From assembly GCF_009914755.1 (NCBI RefSeq), contig NC_060938.1: a stretch of DNA of 64,000 nt. One strand, given 5' to 3'. A model generated the notes under the pieces. It was given only the letters and a program-made list of their open reading frames with translations. It was not told where the DNA came from and ran no database searches. The position numbers and the translations under genes are program-made. Below are positions 13,539-30,191 of this stretch, piece by piece (position 1 is the stretch's first letter; every line of letters begins with the position of its first letter). Origin of the DNA: the human T2T-CHM13v2.0 reference genome, Homo sapiens.

Positions 13539-14184
13539 AGTCATCAGGTCTCCCTGAGCAACTCTTGACTCTGACGGTCTTACAGTTTTCTTGTTTTTGA
13601 TGGCCCTGAGAGTTTTGAGAGTACTGGCCAGATATTTTGTAGAATGTCCCTCAATTGGGATTTGTCTCTTTTTTTCTCATTAATAGACTGGGGTTATGAG
13701 TTTTAGAGAGGAAGACCAGCAAGGTGAAATGTCATTCTCATCACTTCGTATCAAGGGTTCATGCTATCCACATGTCCTATCACTGATGTTGTTGACATTG
13801 ATCACCTGGCTGAGATGCTGTTTATCAGGTTTCTCCACTTTCTCCCATAATATTACTCTTTTCTCCTTCTTTCCATACTGTATTCTCACTTACAGAATGG
13901 GAAGTTTAGGACTTCACATGTTATTTGTAAAACAGCAGGACTGGATTAGTCCATTTCTAAGTCATCTCTAGTTTGTTCCTTATAATCAATGAGAAGTACT
14001 GTCCTGATTGAAAAGGAAATCTGTATTCACAGAACAGGGTGAGAGAGCAGGATCACTTAGGTTCAAACCCTTAGTTTTAACCGTCTTAGCGTTCTTTCTG
14101 AACAGAGGGACTACAAAAAACCATTGTGAATGTAGCAATTTAATGATCTACTTTTTTGCAAGTTGGCACCATATTATGTATTGA

Positions 14185-14675
<491 letters not shown>

Positions 14676-15559
14676 TTGTAGACCATTTTCTAGAACCAAC
14701 AGGTAAAATTTACTAGAGATTTTATCTTGGACGTGAACTCTAGGTAGTTTACATTTCTTATTCTAGCATATAGTGCATGCATTGAGATTCTACCAATATA
14801 AATATGTAAAATAAGGCAAAATAAATGAATTTCAAAAGGAAATTAAGGTCTTTAAGCTTTATCTATGTGAATTATCCTTAAAATGTGAAGAATTGCTAGC
14901 TGTTTTTTATCCAACTTCTTATTTCCTGCACCAGTTTGAAACATACTCTCCTTAAGAAATTCTTAAAAGTTTCCAATTACTGTAAGAATAATGGAAATTT
15001 TTCTCTTTAAATAACCCGAACATTAATTTGTTGTTCTTTAACAGGATTTCCTTTTTAATGATTATAAAAGCTCATCTGTCCATGATATATAGCAATGTAC
15101 CCATACAATATGAAATTGTATTTTACCCATAAACAGTCTTCAAACAAGACACACAATTTTCTTGCTTACTGGCTAATTAAAATAAAATTTAAACCCACAT
15201 TAAACTTGATTACATTGTCAAAACACCCACATTTTTAAAGGAGAGGCCTACAGTGTTAATTCAGAGAGAGTGATTCTTTACTCTTCAGCTAATAATCGCT
15301 TCAGTATTAATAATAACTTCAGCTAAAAATAGCTTCGGTAGTCTCAGATTTTTAAAATCATGTCAATGTAATCATGCTTTTATGTCCTCTTCATTTGTGG
15401 AAAAGGAAACAAATGATTTGTCCTATGTATGAGAAGATCTTTTAAAATGAAGTTTCTAGGGTTTCCAAGTTGGCAAAACGTTTGTCAGTATCATCATTTG
15501 GTTTGTAGACCACATTGATTCATATACTGGCTACACTGCATATTAATTGCAGTTTCTTT

Positions 15560-17850
15560 ATTATGGAATATTTAAAATGCACAAAGATACACAGTGAACT
15601 ATAATAAATACCCCTATGCGCCCACCTCCAGGAAAAGTAATCATTGTGTGTTTTTAAAAAATAAAACATCATACTGGAGTTCCTCTTTGTTTCATGTTCA
15701 TTCTCTTTCTTCCTCAGGAGTTATCAGTGTGCTGCAGTTGATGTGCATTTTACTCTTCGTTTTATCATATCTGCCCACAACCACAAATGCCATAGGACTG
15801 TGTTTTGTATTTCAACATTTTATTTAAACTGTATCATATTTTCTGTATCATTCTATAGCTTACTTTCTTGACTCCATATGTGAATTCAAGAGAAATTAAT
15901 GTTGATGCATGTAGTCTAGTTTATATTTTTGGCTATCTAGTATTTTGTCATGTAAATAAATCACAATTTGTTTATCCATTTCCCCTATGATGAGCTTTAA
16001 GTTGTTCCACAAAGTTGAGTCTTGCAAAGGTTGCTAGACTGAACATCCTTGTGTATTCTTGTGTACGTCAACTGTGCCAGTTGTGGGGGGAGAATATACC
16101 TAGATGAGGACTTGTTGGGTTGGAAGACAAGTTAACTTCAATTTTACCAGATAGTTCCAAATTACTCTTTGGAGTGATTGTAGCAGAATTCACTCCCGAG
16201 TAAATGAAAATTTCTATTTCCAAATATCCTCACCATATCCTCAGACATTTTAAATATTTACCAATCTGATAAGTATTCTTCTTGCTCTCATTTTCCTGAT
16301 GACTACTGAGATTGAGCATTTTTCATGCTTTTTCTTGTTTCACTTTACCTTCTTTTTCTGTAAATTATTTATTGCCTTATCTTTTTATTGCTTCATAAGA
16401 GTTCTTTATATATCTTGGGTATTAATGCTTTGGTATGCAACTAGTAAATATCTCTTCCCAGTTTATAACTTGCCTTTTAATTTAACTTTTTAAATATGTA
16501 TTGACTAAGAAGTTAGATACTAGTCATTTAACTTTATGTAATTTTTTATTCTATAGATAATTTAAATTTCGGAACAGCCATATATATGTCTAGTTTCTTT
16601 TCATTTTGTCTTTCAATCAGCTCTAATAATTTTCTCAACTGAGATCTTGTATGAGTTTCATTTATTTTTAACTATATTATAGTTTTTGTTTTTCTTTTTT
16701 AATGAGCTTTTTAAATTTACATTTTCTAAATGATTTTTTGCTGGTATATATGAGCACTATGGATGGTTGTACATTAATCTTTATATGCAACAACATTGCT
16801 TAACTCTCTTGCTTTTCCCTACAGGAAAATATATTAAAATAACCATTTTTTTCTCCCTTTTCAAAATTAATTCCTATTTTTTGTCTTATTGCATTCATTA
16901 GAAACCCCAGTACAATGTTGAATAGCAACATTCTGTCTTCTTAACCTTAAAGACAATACTTCTAGAGTTTCCCTATTAAATATGAAATTTGCTATATTTT
17001 TGGTATATGGCCAAAAGATGTACATGTAAGATGTATCAGTCAATATTTAGATTTGGAGGTAACAGAAACTCACCCCAACTATCTTAAACTGAAGTTGGGT
17101 AAATCTGATTCTTTAGGTCGCTGCTGAGAACTCCATTACGGACATCACTGCTTCTTGGTACTCAGCACTAATTCCATCATGTTCTCATTTTCATAGCTAC
17201 CAGAAAAACTTCTCCACTGTTCTTGTATCTTACTGTCGCTCTCTTGAGAGTCAAAGGCCTAGATGACAGCATTCAATTAGCTGGAGCTAGGAACTAACGT
17301 GACTGAGTTGGGTTTTTCCTTTCTTGTACGATCCAGGCCCAGTTTTGGTGTCAAGATTGTACTAGCTTCATAAAATGAATTGAAACACTTTTCTTTTTCC
17401 TTCCCTTCCTTCCTTTCTTTTCTTCTTTCTTTTTTTTTTCTGAAATTGATTAAGAAAAAAAGTATCAGGTTTTTGAAAGTTTGGTAAATTGTAAAACCAT
17501 TCTGGTTAGTGCATTTTTAGGGACAGGGAAAATAGATAGACAAAAATAATAATTTATTCAGTTATTAGTTGTCTGTTCAGGCTTTGCTATTTCTATTTTG
17601 GTCATTTATATTTTTTGGATACATCAGTTTCTTTTAATTTTTAAAAGCTTTGAAGATAAAGCTATTCACAGTATTCTTTTAAGTTATTTTTTCAAATTTG
17701 TACAGTATTTATAGTTGTCGCTTCTTTTTCATTCCCAGTACAATTATGTATCGTGCTTTCTCTTTTCTTTTGCTTGACCAATTTTGCTACATGTTTATCT
17801 ATTTTATTAGTTTTTTCAAACCAGTTTTTATACTAGTTCATCAGGTTCTA
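15560..17850 (-). mobile_element. Highly diverged L1ME-type fragments
   Basis: Degenerate antisense L1 motifs (gattgagcattttttcatg, ccagtacaatgttgaatag, cttcataaaatgaattg). Confidence 0.55.
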
Positions 17851-17996
17851 AAAATTATGCTGCAATACTTATGGCCTAAAAGGAATAGTAATTATAATTT
17901 TTAGTCATATGTAGTAACTACTAGGAAAAACTTTATTTTTCTGTTTTAATTACATTAAAAAGTCCCCTGGAAAATATGAGTTAAGTGTTTTCTCCT

Positions 17997-18093
17997 GCGG
18001 AGATTGCAGTGAGCCGAGATCGCGCCACTGCACTCCAGACTGGCGACAGAGGGAGACTCTGTCTCAAAATAAATAAATAAATAAATAAATAAA
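17997..18093 (+). mobile_element. 5'-truncated Alu (end of right arm) with (TAAA)n tail
   Basis: gcagtgagccgagatcgcgccactgcactccag. Confidence 0.9.
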
Positions 18094-18129
18094 AGCTTTT
18101 TCCTATCTAGTTTTTACAAGGAAAATCTT

Positions 18130-19639
<1,510 letters not shown>

Positions 19640-21704
19640 TTAACAGATGTACACAATTTTTGAGACATATAAGTAGGTTTTTTCTCCAATAAACAGATGT
19701 TTATAAAGGATTTGTACGTGCCATTATGATAAACTACAAAGATAAATACACATGCTCTGTTCTCTAAGAGTTTTCCAGCCAATAAAAATTTACAGCTACT
19801 CTTTATTGTCCACCATACTCTGTTATGAGCCATGGGCTTTAGTAAGTTCTCATGACATTGGGCACTGACTTCCTGGGAGTGTAAGTGACTCACCTGGACC
19901 CCACAGCCAGTGAGCATTAGTGCTTATATTCCATCCTCCAAAGCTCTTTCTTCATACCAGACCACACATGTGGCCCAAGGAGGGATATTTACTCTGCACT
20001 TTTAGAGTTCTAGAAAACATTGTTTAGTGGTCTGGCATCATCTATATTTACTTGGCTTGATTTGGGATAGAGTATAATCCTAGTCCTCGATGAAAGGATT
20101 TTGATGAGTTAACCTTATGGGGTGATGGGATTTATGGGATTATTTCCACACTTAAAATGATTTGTGGGAAAAAAAAGTGTACTAATCCCTAATTTAGGAT
20201 TAAGACAGATATACCTATGAGATATGGGTCTATAAAATTCATCATAATTTGAGAAATGCAACAAATAATCACCTCTAAAATATCTTGTTGGTTCAGTTAT
20301 TTTAGTCCAAAAGCCAGTTGGAGATCTGTTCTGTATCAAGGGCTCCAGCCCTCTTGTGAGAGGTAGCTGTTTTTCATTCGCTTGTAGTCTTGAAGTAAAA
20401 ACAATGTCAGGGACGGTCTCCTCAGAACCCCAGAGGGTCTGCCTTTTAGGAAGTGTTTGTCCCCTCAGAAACGAGAAACCAGATGAGCTGAGTTTAGGGG
20501 TCAGACCAGAGGAAATGGCTGGAAATTAGAGGTCTCCTGGCTAATTCACATGATGCCAAATAACAGTCTTTCTGTTGGGTGTCAGAATCCAGAATGGTGG
20601 GAAATTTGTATCTAGGGGATATAAAAGAAAATGAATGAGATAATATATGCAAACAGATGAGTAGAGTGCCTGAAATGTACTAATAGCCTTCAGTAGATTC
20701 CTTCTCCAATTTCACCCCTTCTCCATCTCAGGTTTGGCTTTCCCCTGGACCTGTCAATAAAAACCCTGAGAGTTTGATTGAACAATGGCACTGTATGGTC
20801 AATGCTACCAGACTCTTTAACATGCCTTGTTTGCCACAATTTCATTGAATGGGAGCAGAATGGCAACCAAACCAAGGCTAACAGACTTTGTCCTAGAATT
20901 CCCACACCAAGTAGGAAGCATAAAATAACTTAGAGACTTGACTATAGTTCCTGCAGCTATTAGTCATGGTGTGTTAGCAGAACACAATCTCAGAAAGTTA
21001 TTTCCTAAATGCCTTCCAAAGCCTTGGTTCTTCATGCAGATAGTTTTGGCCAACTGTAATGGCAGTGAGAAACTTCACGAGTGTCCAGAAGAACAGAATT
21101 TATACTTTAAGTTTAACTTTGTTTTGGATTGAATGTTCCTTAAAAATAAACCTTCACCTGATTCTTATTTTCATTTCAATTCCATGGGCTGGTGATTTGA
21201 GTGTCAGGGATAGAGTTCTTAGAATCTGTTTATGTGGTGTGAATACAGAAATGGTCTGATTCTGAGTATTAGGATCATGATCAGAGTTTTGATATAAACT
21301 CAAAACCTCACTAAGCCACATGTTATTTTTTGAAGCATAGAAATTGGACTTTGCAAACAACCAAAATCCTTTTGTTTGAGAAACTCTAAATAAGCATTGA
21401 GTTTTCTTGCCATGAAGTTTTACACTGTATCTAGAAAGTTTCTTTGAAAAATTCCTCTGTAAACCTAAGGCTGACAAAGAAGTTGGCTAGTTGAAGGGAA
21501 AATGATACTTATGTTTTGTGGCAAGGGGGAACAAAAGGAGGGGGAAAAGTAATTACTGTCCACTTAACATTTTATATTAAATTTCTAATGCATAATTTTC
21601 AAGACGGGCAAGAGTTTTGGTTTGTTTTAACCAAATATAGTTACAATATTAAATACGTGTTCTAAATCCAGCATGTGAATATCACTTCTTCAAAAAATTT
21701 TTAA

Positions 21705-23097
21705 TTTTTTACATTGAAAAATAAATATATGTATTTATGGTGTACAACGTGATGCTTTGAAATATGTATATATCGTAGAATAGCTAAATGATGCTAATTT
21801 ACATATGCATTACCATACATATTCATCATTTTTTTGTGGTGAGAGCACTTAAAATCTGCTGCCTTAGAAATTTACAAGTACACAATGTTATTAACTACAG
21901 TTACCATGTTGTACAATAGATATCTTAAACTTATTCCTCCTGTCTAACCGAAATTTTGTATCCTTTCACCGACATTTCCCCAACCCCTCATCCCCCCACT
22001 CCTCACCAGTAACCATCATTCTACTCTCTGCTTCTGTAGTTCAATTTTTTTAGATTCTACATATAAGTGAGATCATGCGGTATTTGTCTTTGTGTACCTG
22101 GCCAATTTCACTTAACATAACGTCCTCTAGTTTCATCCATGTTGTTGCAAATGACAGGATTTCTTTCTTTTTTAAGACTGAGTAGTATTCTATTGTGTAT
22201 ATGTGCCACTTAAAAAAAATCCATTCATGTGTAGATGGACACTTTGGCTGATTCCAAATCTTGACTATTGTGAATAATGCTGCAATGAACATGGGAATGC
22301 AGATATCTCTTTGACATACTGATTTCATTTCTTTGAATATATGCCCATAAGAGGGATTGCTGAATCATATGGTGGCTCTATTTTTAAGTTTTTCAGGGGC
22401 TTCCATGCTGCTTTCCACAGTGGCTGTACCAATTTGCAATCCTACCAACAGTCCACAAGTGATCCATTTTCTCCACACCTTCACCAACATTTATCTCGTC
22501 TTTGTGTTGATAACCATCCTAACAGATGTGAGGTGATCTCTCACTACGGTTTTGATTTGTGTTTCCCTGTTGATTAATGATGTTGAGCATTTTTAAATGT
22601 TTCTGTTGGCTATTTGTATTTCTGTATGTCTTCTTTTGAGGAGTGTTTCCAGGTCCTTTGACCATTTTTAATGGGTTATTTGTTTTCTTGCTATTGAGTT
22701 GAGTTTCTTATATATACTGGATATTAGCCCCTCACCAGATATATAGTTCACAAATATTTTCTCCTTGTCCATGAGCTGCCTTTTCATTGTGTTGTTTCCC
22801 TTGCTATGCAGAAGCTTTTTAATTTGATGTAATTCCACCTTTTGTTTGCTTCCTTTTATTGCCTGTGCTTTGGGGGTCATATCTAAAATATCATTAATGA
22901 GCAGCTTTTCCCCATTGTTTTCTTCAAGATCAATGTCAAAGAGGTTTTCCTTTCTGTTTTCTTCTAGTTTGAGGACTTATGTTTGGATTTTTAATCCATT
23001 TTGAGTTGATTTTTGTGTCTAGTATAGGGGTCTAGTTTCATTTTTTGGTATGTGGATATACAGTTTTCCTAACACCACTTATTGAAAAGACTATCAA
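21705..23097 (-). mobile_element. 5'-truncated L1MA-type element flanked by a ~90-bp direct repeat
   Basis: ORF2 peptide [20 protein letters not shown]; L1MA-like 3'UTR. Confidence 0.85.
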
Positions 23098-23273
23098 TTT
23101 ATTAAAGAAAAGTTTTGATTTGTTTTATCCAAACACAGTTACAATGTTAGATGTGTGTTGGAAACCAGCATGTGAATGTCACCTCAACAAATTTTAACAA
23201 CAGAAGGAATGGGAACAGCAAGGGGATGAGGAAATAAACAGAACATAGGATTTAACAATCAATGGGATATTAA

Positions 23274-23399
23274 CACATTTATGCCTGAGGTTGCAATTTT
23301 TTGCATTTTTGCAATCAGACCTTGCAATGACCTTGAGCAGTAAGATATAATAACTCCCATGCTTAGCGTTCCAATAATGGAACACTAGGCATAAATGGG
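23274..23399 (+). mobile_element. MER85 piggyBac (PGBD3-derived) MITE
   Basis: TTAA flanks; TIRs cacatttatgcct / aggcataaatggg; internal palindrome gttccaataatggaac. Confidence 0.9.
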
Positions 23400-23704
23400 T
23401 TTAAGGGCACTTGGGGTCACAGATGTAAGCTTAGAAGGGGATTAAATGTGGCCAATGCCTTGCTTTTGCCCATTTAAAAAATTTCAACTAATTCTGATGT
23501 TGTTCTAACATTCTGTGATTACAGGATGGTAAGTTTGCATGGTGGAAGATCAGATTGGGCACCAGGATAATGGCCACAGGGACCTCAGTAGAGCTCCCAG
23601 TAACTCAAGGGCACCAGGAGTATGTAAGGAGTGGAGAGAGTGCACAAAGAAAAACTTGACCCACTTCATAATTTAAGCTAATGTCAATCCGCCTGGCACT
23701 TCAG

Positions 23705-23894
23705 AGTCTTATTTCTCAAAACGTGGCCCCAGAACAGCTGGTACCCAAATGCCCTGTGGGTCTGTTAAAAATTTAAGTTCCCAGAAGACACTCTAAACCA
23801 GTGGAATCAGAACACTGGGAATGGGGTCTGAGAAGATACATTCCAAACAAATAGCCTAGGCAATTCTTAGGTACTCTCGTGATTGAACCTCTGC
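23705..23894. mobile_element. MER5A-like hAT-Charlie MITE
   Basis: tttctcaaa..gtggcccc...gaatcagaa..ctggg...gaacctctg. Confidence 0.6.
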
Positions 23895-24036
23895 ACCAAA
23901 GAGGGAAAAGTATAAGTTAGAAAGGAATTTATAAGCACCATACACAAAAATAGCCATGACTCAGGCCTCCACATCTCATTTGTGCTGTCACTTCCCCTGG
24001 GAAGCCTGATCACCCCAAATGCCGCATTGTATAATC

Positions 24037-24314
24037 TTTTTTTTTTTTTTTTTTGAAATGGAGTGTCACTCTGTCGCCCAGGCTGGAGTACAATGACATG
24101 ATCTCGGCTCATTGCAAGCTCCGCCTCCTGGGTTAAAGTGATTCTCCTGCCTCAGCCTCCTGAGTAGCTGGGATTACAGGTACCTACCACCACACCTGGC
24201 CAATTTTTTGTATTGTTAGTAGAGATGAGGTTTCATCATGTTGGCCAGGCTGGTCTCGAACTCCTGACCTCAAATGATCCACCTACCTCGGCATCCCAAA
24301 GTGCAGGAATTACA
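24037..24314 (-). mobile_element. AluSx-like
   Basis: Alu arms with poly(T). Confidence 0.9.
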
Positions 24315-25352
24315 ATAGTACTTAACATACTCTATTGAATTGCTGGCTTTTCTTTCTCTTTAGCCCATGTAATCCAGTGTCATTCATCTCCTCTGCTTAA
24401 CAAAGAGCTTAGTTCATGAAAGCCGCCCAATAAATGTTCTTTAAATTAATAAATGACTTCATGTCTTGCTGTTCCAAAATATACTCCTTAACCTGCCTGA
24501 ATACTTTCACTTCACTTTGCCAATTATTTCATTTGGTATATCTGAGAATTTTAGTTTAAATAATGAAATCAGTCAGTTATCCAGTAGGGTCAATTAATTC
24601 CACTTTCGCTTTCCCAAAGATTGTAGAGCAACCACACACAGCGAATGAGGAAGCAGTGATGCAAGTAATTTTGAAACACAGTTTTAGAGTTAAATTGTTT
24701 CTGGATGCAGGCATACAATAAATGGGTAAGTGCTGTGTGGGGGACACTGAGCACCGAAGAGTTGGAGGGAAAGCCCCAGGGAGTTATGAAAGGGAGTACA
24801 GGGAACAGGGAAGAAAAGGAAGATGTAACCTACTTATCTAAAACTTTTACCTAGAAATGAACCTGCATTCAGGGTCATGGTGGGAGAAAACACTCCTCCT
24901 CCTTTGATGGCTGTGACCTCCTCATAGTTCCTGAACATAGCACTCAAGCTGGTCCTAATCCCACTACATGAATAAGTGAAATAGGCTTTGAGAAACTAGT
25001 CTGAAAAGTTGATCACCCTATGAAAAAATGCATGCAAAATCCCAGAAAACATTTCAAAACTTTTGAAATCTAACCAACTCAGAAATTGAGCAAAGCCAAG
25101 ATTAGATGTGTCTTGCAGATCAACTTAGTGAAAGCAGATGTTACTCGTGAAGACAAAGGTCAGGACCCTAGAGACATAACAAGAAATATTTTATGAGAAG
25201 GAAACTTGATGTGGATTGAAAGGCAGAAGAAATGAAAAGAAAAAGGCACATGAACATTTTTAAGCAATTGTAACAGAATGACCAAATTGCCTGAACCCCA
25301 GACATATGATAAATCATATAACATGAATAGGCCCCCTTCAAATTGGTGGCAT

Positions 25353-25555
<203 letters not shown>

Positions 25556-25663
25556 TGGTTGCATGAGCAATTATAGTGATGGTGACTCCAGTTTTGCCAA
25601 GATATAAGCAAGATTGAACAGGCCAGAAAATGTGGATATGTTAGTGCAAGCAAATCATCAATT

Positions 25664-26292
25664 CTTTTTTTTTTTTTTTTTTTGTATTTAAGTTCTGAGG
25701 TACATGTGCAGAATGTGGAGGTTTGTTACATAGGTATACATGTGCCATGGCTGTTTGCTGCACCCATCAACCCGTCATCTACATTAGGTATTTCTCCTAA
25801 TGCTATCCCTCCCCTAGCCTCCCACCCCCCAACAGGCCCCGGTGTGTGATGTTCCCCTCCCTGTGTCCATGTGTTCTTATTGTTCAACTCCCACTTACGA
25901 GTGAGAACATGCAGTGTTTGGTTTTCTGTTCTGGTGTTAGTTTGCTGAGAATGATGGTTTCCAGCTTCACCCATGTCCCCACAAAGGACATGAACTCATC
26001 CTTTTTTATGGATGCATAGTATTCTATAGTGTATGTGCGCCACATTTTCTTTATTCAGTCTATCATTGATGGGCATTTGGGTTGGTTCCAAGTCTTTACT
26101 CTTGTGAACAGTGCTGCAATAAACATACATGTGCATGTGTCTTTATAGTAGAATGACTTATAATCCTTTGGGTATATACCCAGTAATGGGATTGCTGGGT
26201 CAAATGGTATTTCTAGTTCTAGATCCTTGAGGAATCGCCACACTGTCTTCCACAATGGTTGAACTAATTTACACTCCTACCAACAGTGTAAA
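25664..26292 (-). mobile_element. L1PA7/8-like 3' fragment
   Basis: Poly(T), 3'UTR and ORF2 end ([24 protein letters not shown]). Confidence 0.9.
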
Positions 26293-26480
26293 ACAAAACA
26301 ACATATATTTATTAAACATATGTGTCTCTGTCTGTGTGTGTTACACTTAGGCACATAAAAGATATTTAACAAACATTGTTGAATGGATAAATGACTGAAT
26401 GAGCAGCTACTATGTGTCAGGTGCTAGAAATAGCCAAAATGTTCTAAAAGACTGTGGGGAATTAGCAATTCCTTTTAGAA

Positions 26481-27441
26481 CAGGAGTCCCCAACCCTGGG
26501 GCCATGAACCAGTACCTGTCCGTGGTCTGTTAGAAACCAGGCCACATAGAGGAAGTGAGTGGCAGGTGAGTGAGCAAAGCTTCATCTGTATTTTACAGCT
26601 GCTCCCCATCCCTCACATTACCACCTGAGCTCTGCCTCCTGTCAGATCAGCAGTGGCATTAGATTCTTATAGGAAAGTGAACCCTATTGTGAACTGCACA
26701 TGCGAGGGACCTAGACTGCGTGTTCCTTAAGAGAATCTAATGCCTGATGACCTGAGGTGGAACTGAGGCAGCGATGCTAGCACTCAGCAGCAGCTGCAAA
26801 TACAGGTTAACATCAGCAGAGAGGCTTGACTGCATAGAAACCATAATAAATCAATTGCTTGCAGACTCATATCAAAACCCTAAAAGTGAGTGACATGTGA
26901 CAAGTAAGCTGCATCTGGTGGCAAGCTTTATAGTGGCAAGTGAGTTGATGTACTTCAATTGTACAGCTGTATCTGGTATCCTTAAAAGTATGTTTCAGAC
27001 AATTTCAAATCTCCATATGTTCTGGATTGAAGTCAAGGCAGAATATCCTGAGATTGCTACAAAAGCTCTGAAAAGCCTGCTTCCATTTCCAACATCCTAT
27101 CTTTGTGAAGCAGGGTTTTCTGCAGTGACAGCAACCAAAATGAGATTACAGAGTAGACTGGACATAAGCAACACACTTTGGGTGTCACTGTCTCCCATCA
27201 CCCACAGATGGGACCATCTAGTTGCAGGAAAACAAGCTCGGGGCTCCCACTGACTCCACATTATGGTGAGTTGCATAATTATTTCATTATATATTACCAT
27301 GTAATAATAATAGAAATAACATGCACAATACATGTAATATGCTTGATTCATCCCAGAACCATCCCCCCGACCCTGCCAGTCTATGGAAAAATTGTCTTCC
27401 ATGAAACTGGTCCCTGGTACCAAAAAGGTTGGGAACCGCTG
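26481..27441 (+). mobile_element. Charlie3/MER1-type hAT deletion derivative retaining the transposase C-terminal dimerisation region
   Basis: TIRs caggagtccccaacc / ggttgggaaccgctg; 8-bp TSD ttttagaa / ctctagaa; ORF 26897-27253 with FW....EYPEIA.KA...LLPFPTSYLCEAGFS. Confidence 0.88.
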
Positions 27442-28187
27442 CTCTAGAATGTCCCCCTTGGCTGAGGAGTCCCTGATCAACCACTGAGGCTCTGCTTAAG
27501 TGTTCCCTCCCCTGCAAAGTCTACTATCACCCTAATTAATTACTATTCCACTGAAAAGCTCATCCCACCATCTTACACTGGTTAGATGTTTTACCTGCTT
27601 GTCTTCATTACTAGGATAAGGGGAAAAAAGATTCTGGGTTTGTTCCATATTTGTTTTCCCCAAATCTACTGTTTGTAATAGGGAAAGGGAGAAAGGAAAG
27701 GCATAAGAAAGAGAAGAGAGGACAGTAGGCAGGGAAAGAAGGAGAGCAAGGTGAAGTAAATCATGTTCTTTTGCCCCTAAGGAAATTATGTTACATGGTA
27801 GGTTTGTTGTTAGATACTGAGACCCTGATTCTACCTTATATTCAATGGACATTGTTTAATTGCATTTATTGCTTTACCACTCTGGAAAGAAATGTATTAA
27901 TTTAAAATGTTTTGGATCAATTATTTCTTTTTATTACAGTTCTTACGGCTTATTGAAACCACTCAGCACACTTTTAAATATGTAAAATGTATGATCTGAG
28001 TCATGATAAAAAAGAAATTTCATAGGTAACAGCATCAGTAAATATGTGGCTGCACTTTCAGTGCTGACCTACCTATATTCTTTTCTGAGTTTACAACCTC
28101 AGTTATCAACAACTGACATTACTCAATAGTTGGCACATGGCATCCAATGCATGGACTTGAAAGTAGGCTTTTAAAATTACAGTAATC

Positions 28188-29355
<1,168 letters not shown>

Positions 29356-29503
29356 CTGAGTAAAGCAGATTGACCTGAATAGGCTATAAATGGAAAGGAA
29401 AACTCTTCCTGCCTGACTGCTTGATCTGGGACATCAGTCTTTATCTGTCTTCTGACTCAAACTAAAACATCAGCCCTTTGGGGAGTCTCAAGCCTACTGG
29501 CTT

Positions 29504-29614
29504 GAGATAAGGGGAAAGACCCACCCCCATGATTCAATTACCTTCCACTGAGTCCCTCCCACAGCACATGGGAATTCAAGATAAATTTGGGTGGGGACAC
29601 AGCCAAACCACATC
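29504..29614 (-). mobile_element. THE1/MST LTR 5' fragment
   Basis: gggtggggacacagccaaaccacatca is the reverse complement of the THE1 LTR start. Confidence 0.8.
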
Positions 29615-30154
29615 ATCAGGGTTTTCTTACATAGTGTTGATAATCCTTTCCAGGGTACTGGGTGTAATGAGCCTTAAAGGTCTTTAGGACCCTGATGTAA
29701 AGACTAAATTAAAGATGTGTGTTTGGGGGCAAGTAGACCACTTCAGCACCTCCAGTGTTGAACTCATGGAGTTCTGGGTGGCCAGGGGCATTGTTCAATA
29801 TCAAAAGAACCTTAAATGGCAGTCCCTTACTGGCAAGGTACCTCCTGACTTGAGGGACAAAGCATAAATGGAGTCAATCCAGAAAAAGAGTTCTCATTGT
29901 ACAGGCCTTCTTGTACAACCAAAAGATTGGCAGGTGGTGTTTAACTTTTCCCTTCAAGGCTCAGGGGTTAGCTGCTTTATAGATAAGGGCAGTCCTTATC
30001 ATAAACCGAACTGCATTTGCACAAAACAGTAGAGGTAGCCCATCTCTTCCTGCCTTAAATCCTGGTGCTGACTTCTTTTTCTTACTAATAAATGTCCTTC
30101 ATGGCATTTTTTTGCAGAACAGGGCACCTTTATTTGCATTAAAAACCTATTTAG

Positions 30155-30191
30155 TACACCTACTATGTACCCCCTAAAATTTTAAAAAATT
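30155..30191 (+). mobile_element. 37-bp L1MA-type 3' tip
   Basis: tacacctactatgtaccc plus A-rich tail; TSD aaaacctatttag / aaaatctatttag. Confidence 0.7.
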
